Source: Azolla caroliniana
Lineage: Eukaryota; Plantae; Polypodiophyta
Assembly: GCA_043228905.1 (NCBI GenBank)
Contig: JBHGNT010000005.1
Coordinates: 23,870,001 to 23,934,000 of the forward strand
Direction of reading: 5' to 3'
Length of the DNA: 64,000 bases
Shown here: positions 63,501 to 64,000 of the stretch, piece after piece
Layout of the letters: every line of letters begins with the position of its first letter
How positions within the stretch are numbered: the stretch's first letter is position 1
Made by a program: the position numbers and the translations under genes
The notes under the pieces: model-generated
Told to the model about the DNA's origin: nothing
Seen by the model: only the letters and a program-made list of their open reading frames with translations
Database searches by the model: none

Positions 63501-64000
63501 ACGTGTGAGTGGCCATCGAGGGCCAAAGCAAGCACGAGTACGGGACGGCGTTCAGCACAGGCGGTGCCGAACAAGGAAGGCGGAAGACGCCACACGGCAC
63601 GGCAACCATAGAAGGAACAAGGAGCGCGTATTGGGGTCACCTAAGGACCGAAGAACGAACGCGCATCTCGGGGACAATAATGTCACACGGGAGCGCGGAG
63701 CGGAGAGAGTCAACACGCGGAGGGTTTCGGGACGCGGAGACGATCGAACCAACAGAGGGACATACGCGGCACGCAAGATGCGGAATCCGGCGTACAACCG
63801 AAGTGACCGGGGGTGCGATCAGAGAACATACGTAGCGGATAAAGGAGGGGTGACCGGATCGGCAACGGTGTTCGGGAGGACCGATCGGGGAAGAAGGCGC
63901 GAACGTCGGATGTGGGCGGGGCCGATAAGGAGCCGGCAAGATGGTCGAGTGCCGGTAAGGTGGAGGACCCGGTTAATCACCGTCATCGAAATCTCTCACC

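Larger units (their letters stand above)
41725..64000 (+). repeat. Segmental/tandem duplication, copy 2 (runs off the window end; lacks the young chromovirus)
   Basis: Starts tgcttagtgccaag like position 1; same ORF set; differs by scattered SNPs and microsatellite lengths. Confidence 0.97.

Noticed and set aside
41725-64000. Duplication as a pure assembly copy artefact
   Set aside because: The copies differ by SNPs, microsatellite lengths and a clean filled versus empty TE site; tandem placement of two haplotypes remains possible and is listed as a test

Overview
AT-rich plant nuclear DNA, probably from a non-seed plant (inferred from the Tcn1-type chromovirus and RTE-X-type LINE). It holds one recognisable host gene, an intronless secreted dirigent-like protein, inside a very recent tandem segmental duplication: 1-28058 recurs at 41725-64000. 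The unit is about 36 kb, or 41.7 kb in copy 1, which alone carries a 5744-bp chromovirus with apparently identical 455-bp LTRs. The rest is nested transposon debris: Gypsy, Copia, RTE-X and L1 LINEs, tRNA-derived SINEs, and hAT and Tc1/mariner MITEs. The most notable signals are non-coding. (i) Outward-facing tRNA-like A-box/B-box cassettes sit in the U3 end of LTRs from three different families, one sharing its head with a free SINE. (ii) The chromovirus has a Tf1-type self-priming PBS, a heat-shock-element array next to its TATA box, and a -1 frameshift signal behind an in-frame gag TAG. (iii) A tRNA-Trp-primed, pol-less LTR family has a 4-bp ACGT-type target site and an internal hairpin/peptide repeat array. 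All coordinates were read by eye and no searches were run.
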